From Somniosus microcephalus (lineage: Eukaryota): a stretch of DNA of 64,000 nt. This document shows, piece after piece, positions 11,378 through 23,797 of this stretch. The stretch lies in contig CM126217.1 of assembly GCA_052327205.1 (NCBI GenBank), positions 71,300,001 to 71,364,000 on the forward strand, in the 5' to 3' direction. Each line of letters starts with the position of its first letter. The first letter of the stretch is position 1. Under the pieces are notes generated by a model. That model saw nothing but the letters and a program-made list of their open reading frames with translations, made no database searches and was not told where the DNA came from. A program made the position numbers and the translations under genes.

Positions 11378-13152
11378 TCACAGCTGTGGGTTGGATGGGG
11401 CTGACGGAGTGATAGCACCAGTGGCGGCTGCTACTCTCCCCTGGCCAGTCAGTAAGGACCTCATGGCGTCCAAAAGTGACTCGACCTCTGCGGAAGGGGT
11501 CCCTGCCCCCGCCTTTTGGGCTGGGGCTGTGGGATGCTTTCCCTTGTTATCCTTCCAAGGGTGTTTGCACTCCTTCCGCCAGTGACCATCCTTTCCACAC
11601 CCGTAACAATTGGTCTTTGTGCTGGGGGGGTTACTCCCTTCCTGGTGCCACTCTTTCCTACCCGGTCCGGGTTTTATCTCATGCACCTTCCCCTTGGGTG
11701 GGTGTGCATCAGCTCCCCTACCATTTTTGTAAGCCAGAGTGAGCTGCCTAATTACCGTGATCTCTGTGGTCTGGGGATCTTTGGGGTTGAACCAGGCTTC
11801 TGCCTTGGCCCGGACCTGTGGCAGGCTGTTCGCCACCAGGCAATGGAGCCAATGGGCCAGGAGGTCCCTGTTCAGGAACACTCGGTCCGGCGTCCCCGGG
11901 CAGGCCCTCCGGTACACCGGCCACAGCCGGTCCGCAAAAGCCTTCGGGGTTTCCTCAGAAAGCTGGATCGTCTTCTCCAACTGGGAGAAGGGACTTCCCT
12001 CATCCATCCCCATGGCCTCCAGAACCGCATCTCTAAGGTCCTCGTACTCGCTCTGCCCCCTTTTACACTCGTCAGAGAGGGATTGGAGGAGATTACTCTC
12101 CAGGGAGAATAGCAGCATCTTGGCCTTCTCAGCGTCATCGCAGTCGTTGACGCTGGCGGTCTGCTCTATTTCCCTGAAGTGGATCGAGGGGTCTCCTTTT
12201 GCGGAAAGCTTCGGGATATGGTTGACCATAACCCTGAGCTGCTAGGTGTTAAAGGGTAACACGAACTGGTTTTGGAGGGGTCCCTCATTGTCACCATTGG
12301 CGGGTGGGCCGAACCTCTGATGCCGCGCTGGGCACATCGGTCTCGGCTCCGACCTCTCGGGCAGGGTTTGCTCTACCTCCGCCTCCACCTCTGGCTCCAC
12401 TTTGGGTTCCACCCCCGGTTCCACCCCGCCTTGCTGCCAAACCTCGCTGAAACTTGGCGCTACGGGTGGTGGCCGTGAGGTCTCCTCTCTCTCAACCGGG
12501 TTGTCCCTAAGCACTACCGGTGACGTTGGAACTGTCCTCCCCTTGTTCCCCATTAAATCTGCCTGACCTGCCTTTGGGCTTATGAGGCATACCATGCCTT
12601 TTGCCTTCCGGAGGGCCCGGCTCAGATTTTCTATCCTCTCTCTACAGGGGCCGTGATCTGCCTTCTCAAACCCCTGTTCACTTGTGAGCTTGTAAGCGGC
12701 TTTTACCTCCTGCACTTTCTCTTCCTGTTCCCTAATCTGCCTTGCCAAGCGGGCGTTTTTCTCCCGCAACCTTAACTCGTTTTCCTTGGCCTCGGTGACT
12801 TGGCACCGTAGGTATTCCAACTGGGCCTTGTGTTCTCCCACTAAATGCACTCTTTCCTGGTTTAAAGCCTGCAAAGATACTAATAAGTTCTCCCCTGCAA
12901 GAGCCTTATCCTGGATCTCCAGGGCTGACTCCCTTAACTCGACTGCCTATGCTGCAACGAGCCTGTCCAAAAGCTGGACCTGCTTTTTAAAGCACATCAG
13001 CCAAACTGCCTTCTCTAAGGACTTCATGTGTTCCTTTCCCTCTGTCCACTTAGCTGCTGCATCTACCGATGCCCAGCCTTTAACAGAGTGGTGATCCACT
13101 TCTTAGTGATATTCACCTTGCTAAACACATAATCAGAAATCCTTTCCTCCAT
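11378..13152 (-). pseudogene. gag: gag with N-terminal coiled coil, capsid-like region and one CCHC knuckle
   Basis: ATG at 13152; one frameshift and two stops; heptad-rich 12242-12874; CYGCGKDGHWRKEC; ends TGA at 11378-11380. Confidence 0.88.
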
Positions 13153-13205
13153 CAAGGTTTGCTCATCTGAACCATTGTCTACTGTATCGCAACCCTGTTG
13201 CCGGG

Positions 13206-13223
13206 GTCCTGCCGCGGTCGCCA
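13206..13223 (-). promoter_or_regulatory. Primer binding site, tRNA-Arg(TCG)
   Basis: The + strand GTCCTGCCGCGGTCGCCA matches the 3' 18 nt of vertebrate tRNA-Arg-TCG as I recall it; it lies 3 nt from the 5' LTR. Confidence 0.85.
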
Positions 13224-13226
13224 TTA

Positions 13227-15457
13227 TGTAGGGGGTGGCGCGTGGGCCCTGTCAGTTATGCCTCTGACTGCCCGTGAGCAGTTCGAATCGCTCCCACGCC
13301 CCTGAGATTCTCGACACCGGACTTAGGTACAGGTAGTGATATAGAAAAGACTCGAGTAGACTGGTGGTTTGGATGTAAGCAAAACTCAAGATTTTATTAA
13401 ACAGAAAAATTAACACAGTCTTATGAGAAGCTACCAGTATATAAAATTACAGGCAAATACAAATAACTATACTTATACAGGGAATGGGGAATACATGGCA
13501 CATCGAGGGAAAACAACTATCTTAACAATCCCCTTATCCTTATCCCACCCCCTATACCTAACTAGATTAAGCTATGAGGGGCCAGAATTTATGCTCACCA
13601 ATCAAAAGGGTTTGTTGGACTCAAAACAGCGGTGGGGTTCGGGGTTCGCTGTTGGTGCTCTCTGGAGCCTGCCGTCGTCACGTGGTCTCCGGGTGCTGCA
13701 AGGGCGTTGTCCAGGTTCGAGTACTTTACCTTGCAGGGATGATTCCTCTTCTTCGGCCGACAGTTTGAGTTTGCATGAAGATAGTCGCAGGTTGGCTGAG
13801 GCTGAAGGCCTGATGATTCAAAGCCTACCCTCAGTTGGTCTCCTCAGTTGGTCTTCCTCAGTTGGTCTTCCTCAGTTGGTCTGCCCTCCTCCCCTCGTCG
13901 CGTCTCGCCTCGCCTGGCCTGAATTGTCCATGTCTGCCCGATGCAGTGCCAGGGTGATTTCCAGATGGAGTGGCAAAAGGCACGAGCAAAGGCCAGGGGG
14001 TAAGCGCGGGACAGGGAAAGAACGACAGCCATGAGAGCGAGGGGCAGAAGAGCCGAGCAGAGCAGAGAGCGAGATTGCTACCCGGGGCCTTCAATTATAC
14101 TCTTTTCGAAAACCCTTATCTGTGCGCCAAATCAGGTTAGTTCTTTGTCTTAATCTTGGCGGGCTATTTTAAATAATGGTAGCAATCTATACTAACTGTT
14201 TTTAGATGGCCGGTAATCGCATCTACCGGCCCGATAACTGACTTGTTTTGTTATGAATGTTCCTTGATGGGCCTGTCCAGCCTAGATGGCTTTCTTAATC
14301 TGTTGCCGATTATATATGTAAACTGTTTGATGGCCTTAACTATAGACCTAACTGGATTTAGATTTGTCTCCAATTCAATCTAATACATAATTCAAAGTCC
14401 TGTCTGGTTTCAGAATACAAAGGGCTAGATTTTCCTGGACCCGTCAGGCGGGGTTTCAGTCGTGTGGGGGGGGAAATCCCGAATTTGGGGGGCCCGACAC
14501 CATCCCGCCCAAAACCCCGCCCCACGTAAGTTTTAGGGGCAGCAGGTACCCGCCCCGCACTGGGACCCGCTGAAACCAGGCGGGAAGGGATTAGTGCCAA
14601 TTAACTGCCCAACAGGCAGCTTTTAGCCTAATCCCTATTTTGAGGGGTTTCATGTGGGTTTCCCGACGGCTCCAAACCATGCCAGGTTAGAGCAGGCGGG
14701 CCGTCGGGTTGAAGGAGTTGGAGGGGTCGCGATGTCGGCGCTCAGGTGAGTGATGAGTGCATGAGTGTAAAGGTAAGTGTGTTTGGTGTGTCTAAAGTGT
14801 GTAAAGAACTTTTACTTACCTGTACTTACCTTAACAGCCTTTCTTCCTGGAGCTGTCGGGAGCCCATCACTCAGCTGGCACTTAAAGCTGAATGGCTGCG
14901 ATCTGTGAAAAGTGACAGCCTTCAGCTTTGAGTGCCGGTAAGAGTTCTAACTGAGTCTGTGCAGAAGGACTCATGTCAGAACTCAGACTGTCAGTGTTTC
15001 ACAGCTTCAAACAGCTGTCAAACACTGATATTTCATCTGTCAAGAACTCTTGACAGATGAAATTGCAGTCTGTGACGTCACCTGTTGCCGGGTGGCCCTT
15101 AATTGGCCTGCTGAGCCCGCTGGACGGGCTCAACAAGGTCAATCAAGGGAAAATCGCGTGGATTGGCCGGACGTCGATGTAGGCGGGTCAAAAACCCGAA
15201 AGGGGAAGTCCCGCCTTCTTCCCGACAGGTTTGGGAAAATCTACCTCAAAGTCTCTCTTCACAGAAACTGCAGCTTTGGTTTCGATTTCTCCACAAGCTG
15301 CCTGCGTTGCAGAGTCCAAGTTTTAAAATCTCACAGGCTTTCTGCCACGAGGCACGGACGCCATCTTGGGTACCCTTTTTGATTTAAAATGTCCACGCAG
15401 GGTCCCGTTTATTAATAACAACCTTCGGGGAAATGTAGAAATGTTGCAAATCTTACA
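13227..15457 (-). repeat. 5' LTR of provirus, interrupted by a MITE
   Basis: Colinear with 4048-5465 apart from substitutions, a ~28-bp indel, 4 vs 3 copies of ctcagttggtct(t)c and the MITE. Confidence 0.95.
14422..15247. mobile_element. Harbinger-type MITE inserted in the 5' LTR
   Basis: 14-bp imperfect TIR gggctagattttcc / ggaaaatctacctc; 3-bp TSD AAA; the empty site is visible in the 3' LTR (tacaaagtctc). Confidence 0.9.
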
Positions 15458-17115
15458 GAATGGGCATATCATTGGCAAATGAAGTTCAACACAGATAAAT
15501 GTGAGGTCTAACATTTTGGTAGGAAGAATAGGGAGGTCACTTATTACTTGGAGGATGCAAGTCCAGGTGGGTTGAGGAACAAAGGGATCTCGGAGTACAA
15601 ATACACAAATCACTAGAAGTTGCGACACAGGTTAGCAAGGCCATAAAAAAGCAAACCAAGCACTACGGTTTATTTCTAGAGATATAGAATTGAAAAGTAG
15701 GGAAGTTATGCTAAACCTGTATCGAACCTTGGTTAGACTACACTTAGAGCACTGCGTACAGTTCTGGTCGCCATATTGTAAAAAGGATATAGAGGCACTG
15801 GAGAGGGTGCAGAGAAGATTTACAAGGATGATACCAGAAATGTGAGGGTATACATATCAGGGAAGGATGAACAGGCTGGGTCTCTTTTCTCTTGAAAAAA
15901 GAAGGCCGAGGAGTGACCTAATAGATGTCTTTAAAATTATGAAAGGTTTTGATAACGTGGATACAGAGAGAATGTTTCCACTTGTGGGGAAGAGCATAAC
16001 TAGAGGCCATCAATATAAGATAGTCGCCAAGAAATCCAATAGGGAACTCAGAAGAAACTTCTTTACCCAAAGAGTGGTGAGAATGTGGAATTCGCCACCA
16101 CAGGGAGTGGTTGAAGCGAAAAGAATAGATGCATTTAGGGGAGACTAGACAAGCATATGAGGGAAAAGGGGAATAGAGGGTTATGCTGATAGATTTAGAT
16201 GAAGAAAGACGGGAGAAGGCTCGAGTGGCATAAATGCCGGCATGGGCTGGCTAGGCTGAATGGCCTGTTTCTGTGCCGTATATCCTATGTAACCCTATGT
16301 AAAGGTTTGGGGAAGCCTAATTTCTGATTCAAATTCGCAACCAGCAACTGTGTCACTTCATCTTTCATGCTACTGCACCAGTTATTCATCAAAAGAAACC
16401 ACCTACTGTGCACAAACTGCTTATGCTAACAGGTTGAAAGAAGATGCGCCCACTTATGGAAGCTGAGTGTTGATTTGAATAAGACAGCTCATAAGGCAAC
16501 TTGCTTAGTAATATCAGAAGTAGTGGGGGAACAGATCATGTCCATATAAAAATCATTTTGTAAAAATGTGTTACTCAGAGTAAAACTGTAGTGGACTTGA
16601 TATCTGTTGACTACTGTTGCAATATTTTTATTAGCAGGCTGCTCTATTAACAATCAAGCCTTACAATCAGAATTCTATCAACAGATATTCTTAATAGCAG
16701 TGGGGCAACACAACAAGCAGCAAGGCTTCACCATATAGCGATGAAAGATCCTACCCATCTCTATAAAGTAGTTGTCCACTGCTTTCAGGTAAGTGGAAAT
16801 ATTGACTTTGAAATTACCTTACTGTGTCAGTATAACAATAAGAATGAATTAGTGCCATGAACCAGATGATGGGAGGCTGTTCTGTGTATTAATTACATAA
16901 AATACAGTTTTTTTTGGAGGTTGAGGTTATTCTATATATGATCCAATATTAAAGGGTTTGAATGTACTGAACGATAACATGCTTTGTAGAGGCTGATCAC
17001 TTTTTGCAGATTTATAGAAAAGATGTATGGAAAATAACAAGAACTTTGTATGTCCATAGCATACAGAAAACAAGAATGAGCAAAATTTTGTATTTTAGTG
17101 GCCCACAGAAATATT

Positions 17116-17245
17116 CATGGTGTGGTGATGCCGGTGTTGGACTGGGGTGGACAAATGTAAGAAGTCACACAACACCAGGTTATAGTCCAACAGTTTTATT
17201 TGAAATCACAAGCTTTCGGAGTGCTGCTCCTTCGTCAGGTGAAGT
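17116..17245 (-). mobile_element. Penelope-like terminal fragment with minimal hammerhead (17207-17241)
   Basis: Minus strand cac-CTGACGA-aggagcagcactcc-GAAAGCTT-gtg; same family as 31841-32048. Confidence 0.75.
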
Positions 17246-17415
17246 CATGCCATTTAATTTAATATATGGGGCAATTTCCCCACACCTAATGTATGTTCTC
17301 ATGAGTGGAACTAATATTTCTTATGTTGTCAACAATACTCCATTACTTAAGAAGGCAGAAACCAGAAAACTACAGACCTGTCAGTTTAACATCACTGTGG
17401 GGAAGTTATTGGAAT

Positions 17416-18220
17416 CTCATAGAGTCATAGAGTTATACAGCACAGAAAGAGGCCCTTCGGCCCATCGTGTCCACGCCGGCCATCAAGCCCTGTCTATTCT
17501 AATCCCATTTTCCAGCACTTGGTCCGTAGCCTTGTATGCTATGGCGTTTCAAGTGCTCATCTAAATACTTCATGAATGTTGTGAGGGTTCCTGCCTCTAC
17601 CACCCTTTCAGGCAGTGAGTTCCAGATTCCAACCACCCTTTGGGTGAAAAAGTTTTTCCTCAAATCCCCTCTAAACCTCCTGCCCCTTACCTTGAAACTA
17701 TGCCCCCTGGTTATTGACCCCTCTACTAAGGGGGAAAGTTCCTTTCTATCTACCCTATCTATTCCCCTCATAATTTTGTACACCTCAATCAGGTCCCCCC
17801 TCAGCCTTTTCTGCTCTAAGGAAAACAACCCCAGCCTGTCCAGTCTCTCTTCATAGCTGAAGCGCTCCAGCCCAGGTAATGTCCTGGTGAATCTCCTCTG
17901 CACCCTCTCCAATGCAATCACATCCCTCCTATAGTGTGGTGACCAGAACTGCACACAGTATTCCAGCTGTGGCCTAACTAGCGTTTTGTACAGCTCCATC
18001 ATAACCTCCCTGCTCTTATATTCTATGCCTCGGCTAATGAAGGCAAGTATCCCATATGCCTTTTTAACCACCTTATCTACCTGTCCTGCTGCCTTCAGGG
18101 ATCTATATACATGCACACCAAGGCCCCTCTGATCCTCTGTCCTTCCTAGGGTCCTACCATTCATTGTGTATTCCCTTGCCTTGTTAGTCCGTCTAAAATG
18201 CATCACCTCACACTTTTCAT
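17416..18220 (-). mobile_element. CR1 LINE 3' part
   Basis: ORF 17499-18227 LVRPQLEYCVQFWSP...RKNFFTQRVV; (ctctatga) tail. Confidence 0.92.
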
Positions 18221-18294
18221 CTATCATCAGATACTGAGCATTTGGACAAGTGTGAGCTGATCAAAATGAGTTAGCATGAATTTGTGAAGGGTAG

Positions 18295-19612
18295 TGTAAG
18301 GGGTCGTTTTAACGAGCTTATGGTGTGCTAGATCGGTTTTGATTTCGCACTGTTCGTGAGCGGTTCCGAAGCGCTCCCCCCTCACCGGTTCTAGACACTG
18401 GGCTTATTGCCAGACAACCTTGATGTGTGGCCCAACTTGTGACTCGGAAGACAAATGGATCAGGTGAGACAAGGTGAGTTTTAAATCAGAAATATCTTTA
18501 TTTTCAAGGAGAATAAACACAGAGAATGCAAGAATCAATTTAGACAAAAACCATTAGCACGTCTCCCAATGGGAACTAAAATTTAACACACAAGGAATAA
18601 CTTTGACTACCTTAAATCATACAACAATTCTTAATCAGCGGTATACTAAAACGGGGGTGGGAAAAGCGCACGGACACATCGAGGGATAAATCACACTCCT
18701 GAATTACAAAACCCTTAATGTTACAAACCCTCCCGTTGCTAAAATATACCTCAACTATGTGAGTTAGGTAGAGTTGGGCCTTTATGCTCACCAGAATTTT
18801 AAAACCCTCCTGGACCTTGGTACTCCTTGTTACGTCCGCGATCTCCAATCTTCCTTATGGGACCGGCTCCTGGACCCGCTCTCCTGCACAAACTTGGAAG
18901 TCCTCCGAACTCCTCGAGCCGTCTACTCTTCCGCACGGTCTTCGAACTCCTGATGGTATCTGGACTTGGACTTCACTGCTTCTGGTGAATCTTGTGGATC
19001 TGTCTGAGTCTGGCTGAATCTCCTCTCCTGCACAATCTTGTGGGTCCTCCTCGCTCTGTCCTTGACATCGTGTCTGTGTGAATCTGTGATGGATCTGTCT
19101 GAATCTCACTGAATGACTGAATGCTGTCGATTTTCCTTCAACAGTTATACTGCTTCCTTGCCCTTATCTCGGCGCCAAGTCAGGGGTTTTCTTTTGTCAA
19201 GATAATGGGCAGGCTGCTTTGACAAAAGCAAGTACTTTAATTTAATGTCTTGTAAATGAAACTGATGGGATCTGTCCTGTGTCCCTCTGAGTTTGGTACA
19301 GATAATGTTTTTTTTCTCTGTGCTCAGCGATTTCAGAGATGGGTTTGCGTTTTGCTAGCAATTAGCGCACCTCCAGGTGCAAATACTTTTGTTTACGAGT
19401 TCGTTACTGCTGTAACCATATTATCATATCAATAGCAGTAAGTTCTGGAATCTTCTAATCGGTGATGACTCAGGCTGCTGTAAGATACTGCTGGTGTGTC
19501 CTTTTGAACTGAGCCATGAGAACTGCCAACTCCATCTTGTGTTCTCACAATGTGGCCATTTCAGGGGTTTTACCAATCTAGACTGTATTTTCTGGATTTT
19601 GCAAATCCTACA
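18295..19612 (-). mobile_element. Solo LTR (1318 bp) related to the lokiretrovirus-like LTRs
   Basis: TGT...ACA ends; 4-bp TSD GTAG (18291-18294, 19613-19616); termini and several internal motifs shared with 4048-5465. Confidence 0.85.
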
Positions 19613-22600
19613 GTAGGTCATGTCTGATTAATCTAGTTGAACTTTTTGAGGCAGTCACTAGCATGGTGTATGGGGAGTGTCTATGGATATTGTCTATATG
19701 AACTTCCATAGGAATTTGAGAAGAAATTATTAGCAAAAATAAAAGCATACAGAATTGGAGGTAACCTTTTGACATAGGTTGGTAATTGGTTGGAAGGTAG
19801 GAGACAGAGAATAGGGATGAAGGGAACATTCTCTGATTGGCAGGATGTGATAAGTGGTGGTCCCAGGGATTTGTACTGGGGTCTCAGCTTTTCACCATAT
19901 ATGCAAATTACTTGGATGAATGAATACAGAGTTGTATATCCAAGTTTGAAGATTACACTAATTTAGGAGGCACATGGGAGCAGGAAGTTACAAAAGGACA
20001 TAGACAAACTCAGAAAGTGGGCAAAACTATGTGTTGGGAATTATGAGATAATCTACTTTGGATCCAAGAAAAATGAATCAGAATATTTTATTAATGGTGA
20101 GAGATTAGGAACTGTGGAGGAGCAAAGGGATTTAGGTGTCCACGTACACTTAAAGCTAGTACACAGGTACAAAAAGTAATCAAAAAGGCTTATTGGAACA
20201 TTGGACTTTATCTCAGGGGCGGTTGGAATACAAAACTGAGGAATTGCTACTTCAGTTGTACAGAGTCTTGGTCAGACCCCAGCTGGAGTATTACATTCAG
20301 TTTTGGGCACATAACCTCGGGAAAGATATATTGGGCTTGGAGGGTGTATAGTGCAGATTCACCAGCTTAAAGGGTTAAATTATGAAGACAGGTTGCATAA
20401 ATGTGGCTTTTATTCCCTTGCGTTTAGTAGGTGGAGGAGTGATATATCAAGGTGTTTAAATGATAAAGGGATTCAATAGAGTAGATATAGAAAAACTATT
20501 TCCTTTAGTGGAGAATCCAGAACAAGGAGACCGAATCTTAAAATTAGAGCTAGGCCATTAAAAAAAAATAGGAGTGAAGTCAGGAAGCACTTTTTCACAG
20601 AAAGGGAAGTGGAAATCTAGAATCCTCTCCCCAAAAGACTGTGGATGCTGAGCCAATTGAAAATTTCAAAACTGAGATCAATAGATTTTTGTTGGGTAAG
20701 GATGTCAAGGTTTATGGAGCAAAGTGGAGATGAGGTACAGATCATCCATGATCTAACTGAATGACAAAACAAATTTGAGTGCCTGAATGGCTTATTCCTG
20801 TTCCTATTTTTATATATTTCTTATGTTTCCTAAAAACACTGGTCAGTAACTATTCCCTAGTTCCCAAATGAACAACCACATATCCATGAACTTCTTTGTT
20901 CAGTGCACAAGTTAGATATTGGATACCATTTCTCATTTTCATCTCAACGGTTTGATATTGTCTTTGTCAGATTTCTTCACAAAGGCATAGACTTAACAGA
21001 GGCAAAGCCGTTGTGTGCACATGGGAAGGGGAGAGAAAGTGAGTCAGCCCCATTTGTTCTCATGCAACCCCAAATAGCTAGTTCAAGAGTGGCATCATCA
21101 CCAGAGACCTGGAAACATGTCATTTGAGCACCACCTTGGTCAAGATTGGTGTGTGATGAAGCCAAGCAGGATTTAACAAAAGGAGAGGTTATATATGGTT
21201 CAGACATTAGAACCTATCGTAATTATTAATACAGGCCACTATTTATTGCACAAGCATTATGACCAGTATTTATTCAATGGTTTCCAGTTGCAGTATTTGT
21301 GTTTTATAATATAATAAATGGATGCACTTAGCTATTTTCTAGAACAATTTGCAGCTTTAAATGCGGTGCACCAGACAATATCAAATGCATCTAACACTGC
21401 TAAGCATGGCCAGGATAAATGCAGGCTGGGTGGCTCCAGGGCGCAGCGACTCTCCACTGAGGGCATCAAGCTTATTTGGTCATTCAATCACATGCATTAA
21501 AAGAAATAGAAAAAAATGTTTCTCTCCCAAATTATTTACTACTCAATAGTTAGTTTAGTTGGCAAAAGAGAAAATATTGATGTGAACGAAAGGCAATTTA
21601 AGTCCCATTAGACCAGGAAATTATTGATTTTATATAATTCATCTTCTAAAACACTAAAATGCAATCGTAAAATACAGCGATCAAATCTATGGTATTTTCA
21701 TAATCAGAACAGTTCTGATGATTGCTAGCTGCGAGTTATATAATGAAGTCACGTCAATGTTTTTTTGACACACTATATCTGGTTTTGTTGAAAATACAAA
21801 AAGTGTTTACAAACACAGACACTTCCCCGTCCTCAGCCTTAGTTTGTGACTCGGGATATTGATCTTGACAAACAGTGTACAATTTGTGATTATGTCAGTC
21901 AGAAACTTCTGTCTGCTATGTAAATTACAGGGAGGAACTGGGAAGGTTTTTTTTAAAGGAAGTAAATGATATATCTAACAGAATGGAATATTTTGGAACT
22001 GGCACTCCCTGTCCGTGAAATTCGAGAATTCAAATATTCCGAAGGACATAGACAGATAATTTCCAAGTTTGGTGACATCATCGGGGCGTAGATATATTGC
22101 CAGTTCTGCGTGGCTGTGAAGCAGTTTCGGGAAAGTTGCAGCATAACTCAAGTGACTGATCTGCAGCATGGGTGCACTAAGACCAAAAGGCTGAGATTCT
22201 GAAGGCAGTCACTCACTGCTTTAAATTATGTTGATGGAAAGCTCGAATCTGGCGCAAAGTGACATTTTAAAAGTGCTCAGGTGGATCATTCGACCAGCTG
22301 ATAATCTTTTACATTTTGCATCACATCTTTTAAATGTTATGAGGAAACCAATATTCCCACTGCTCTTTCCTAATATTAAGAAAAAGCTGCATCTAGGGTA
22401 ACTCCAGCCTAAATCCAGAGATAGGGCCCATCCTGACGCTGGAACAAAGGAGAGTGAGAATACCAGTGGAGGGAAGGCATTCCACTCCACTTCCCTGTGA
22501 AGCCAAGATGTTAGATTTACACAATGGTAAATGCAATCTCAAAGTTAAATAGAATTTAGCAGTTGGGCTGGGAAATGACATAAATGTTGCAGTTATACTC

Positions 22601-23797
22601 TGAGTAATGGCTTTACACTGGCTCTTCCCTTAACAGGACAGAAGTGTATGCTTTCTCCCATCTTTAAAAGCATCCAAAAATAGCTTTATACCTGGATGAT
22701 GGACTGCCTGGGTACATTAGGCCTGTGGCATCACACTCACCATGTAATGCTGCACAATATGAGACTACCTACTAGAGATTATACTGACGCTATTGCTTTG
22801 ATGCGCACTTAAAGCCATTTCATATCACCAACAATAATTACTTGTATTTTTTTGCGCCTAAATGGAGAAAAATATTCCGAGGCATAAGGAAAAAGGTGAA
22901 CACTGAGACAAACAATGAGATATTAAGAGTGGTAAACAAAAGCTTAGTTATATTACTGAGTTAATTTACTGTGCTCTCTATGAACTTTACATTGTAAACA
23001 TATCAATCATATACTAACATTTTTACAGGAAATACATATCATTTATATGGAAGACATACATTATTTATGCAGCTGCTGTACCCACCTGAAATGTCTGAAA
23101 AATAAATCAGCTTCTATAGTGACAGCATAGTTTACTATGCTTTCAAATGACAGTTCCTCTTCCATGGTAGGGTATAAAACCTGCCTTGTTTGCACCATAT
23201 AGTAGATACTGATAAGTACAGTAACAAATTGAATAAATAATCTTTATCACAGTGTGAACTATACACATTGCAAATAGAGGAGGAAAAGGTATAATCTGAC
23301 ACTCCTAATACTCACATGCTTATCAGATACAAATCTTCAGCTAAACCCACCACATACACATTACTTTGAGATATTTATCTTGGTTCTTAGATGTGTCAAA
23401 CATGCACATTACTGTGCTAGTAAATCTTATCAAATTTACAGTGGATAGACGTTCAAACAAAAGTATCATTAGACATTATGATAACTTACAAACCTAAATT
23501 GCAGCATAAGAATTTGTTCCTCACACATGATGTTGGAAACATTTTAAATGGCTCTATGACCAGGAATTACAATTCCTGTGCTTACTGTACAAATGTGAAA
23601 ACTAGCCCAGCTATGTATTAGTATTATTGCTGTTATTATATAGGGTTTTATGACATGTCATTTCTAATAATACTGAACATTGGATGCACTTGACAGTGAA
23701 ATGGATTGTGTTTGAATTTTTGATTCTTGTATTAATTCATTGACACATGTACCTATTGTTGAGATCAATCACTAGCATTTTCCCTATAGCTTTAGCA

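Larger units (their letters stand above)
4048..15457 (-). mobile_element. Near-complete endogenous lokiretrovirus-like provirus (LTR-gag-pol-env-LTR)
   Basis: TGT...ACA LTRs; 4-bp TSD GAAT (4044-4047, 15458-15461); PBS; PPT; CCHC gag; PR-RT-degenerate RNase H-RNase H-IN; class I fusion env resembling paramyxovirus F. Confidence 0.88.
3030..16300 (+). mobile_element. CR1/L3 LINE split by the provirus (3030-4047 and 15462-16300)
   Basis: GNYRPVSLTS and [14 protein letters not shown] on the left. The sequence resumes (gcagaat|gggcat) after the TSD and runs to RRNFFTQRVV and a 3' (cctatgtaa) microsatellite. Confidence 0.92.
17335..20830 (+). mobile_element. Old CR1 LINE interrupted by a younger CR1 and a solo LTR
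   Basis: NYRPVSLTS fragment at ~17370. It continues at 18220-18294 and again after the TSD at 19617, running to a CR1 3' tail at ~20830. Confidence 0.8.
16330..21420 (+). pseudogene. Decayed IL-10-family cytokine gene remnant 2 (IL-22-like)
   Basis: ..HLWKLSVDLNKTAHK (to 16495); GTDHVHIKIIL* (~16518-16579); GCSINNQAL..EFY/TDILNSS...VVHCFQ|gtaagt (16635-16788, frameshifted); 68-nt exon 20971-21038 with tgtcag| and |gtgagt; LEQFAALNAVHQT at ~21340-21400. Splice sites are good but protein similarity is weak. Confidence 0.35.

Noticed and set aside
7398-12478. Many + strand ORFs over the provirus and other elements
   Set aside because: Antisense shadows of GC-rich coding sequence with no independent features.
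13423-14034. 203-aa antisense ORF in the 5' LTR (HBZ-like idea)
   Set aside because: Broken in the other LTR, no recognisable domain, and it overlaps simple tandem repeats.
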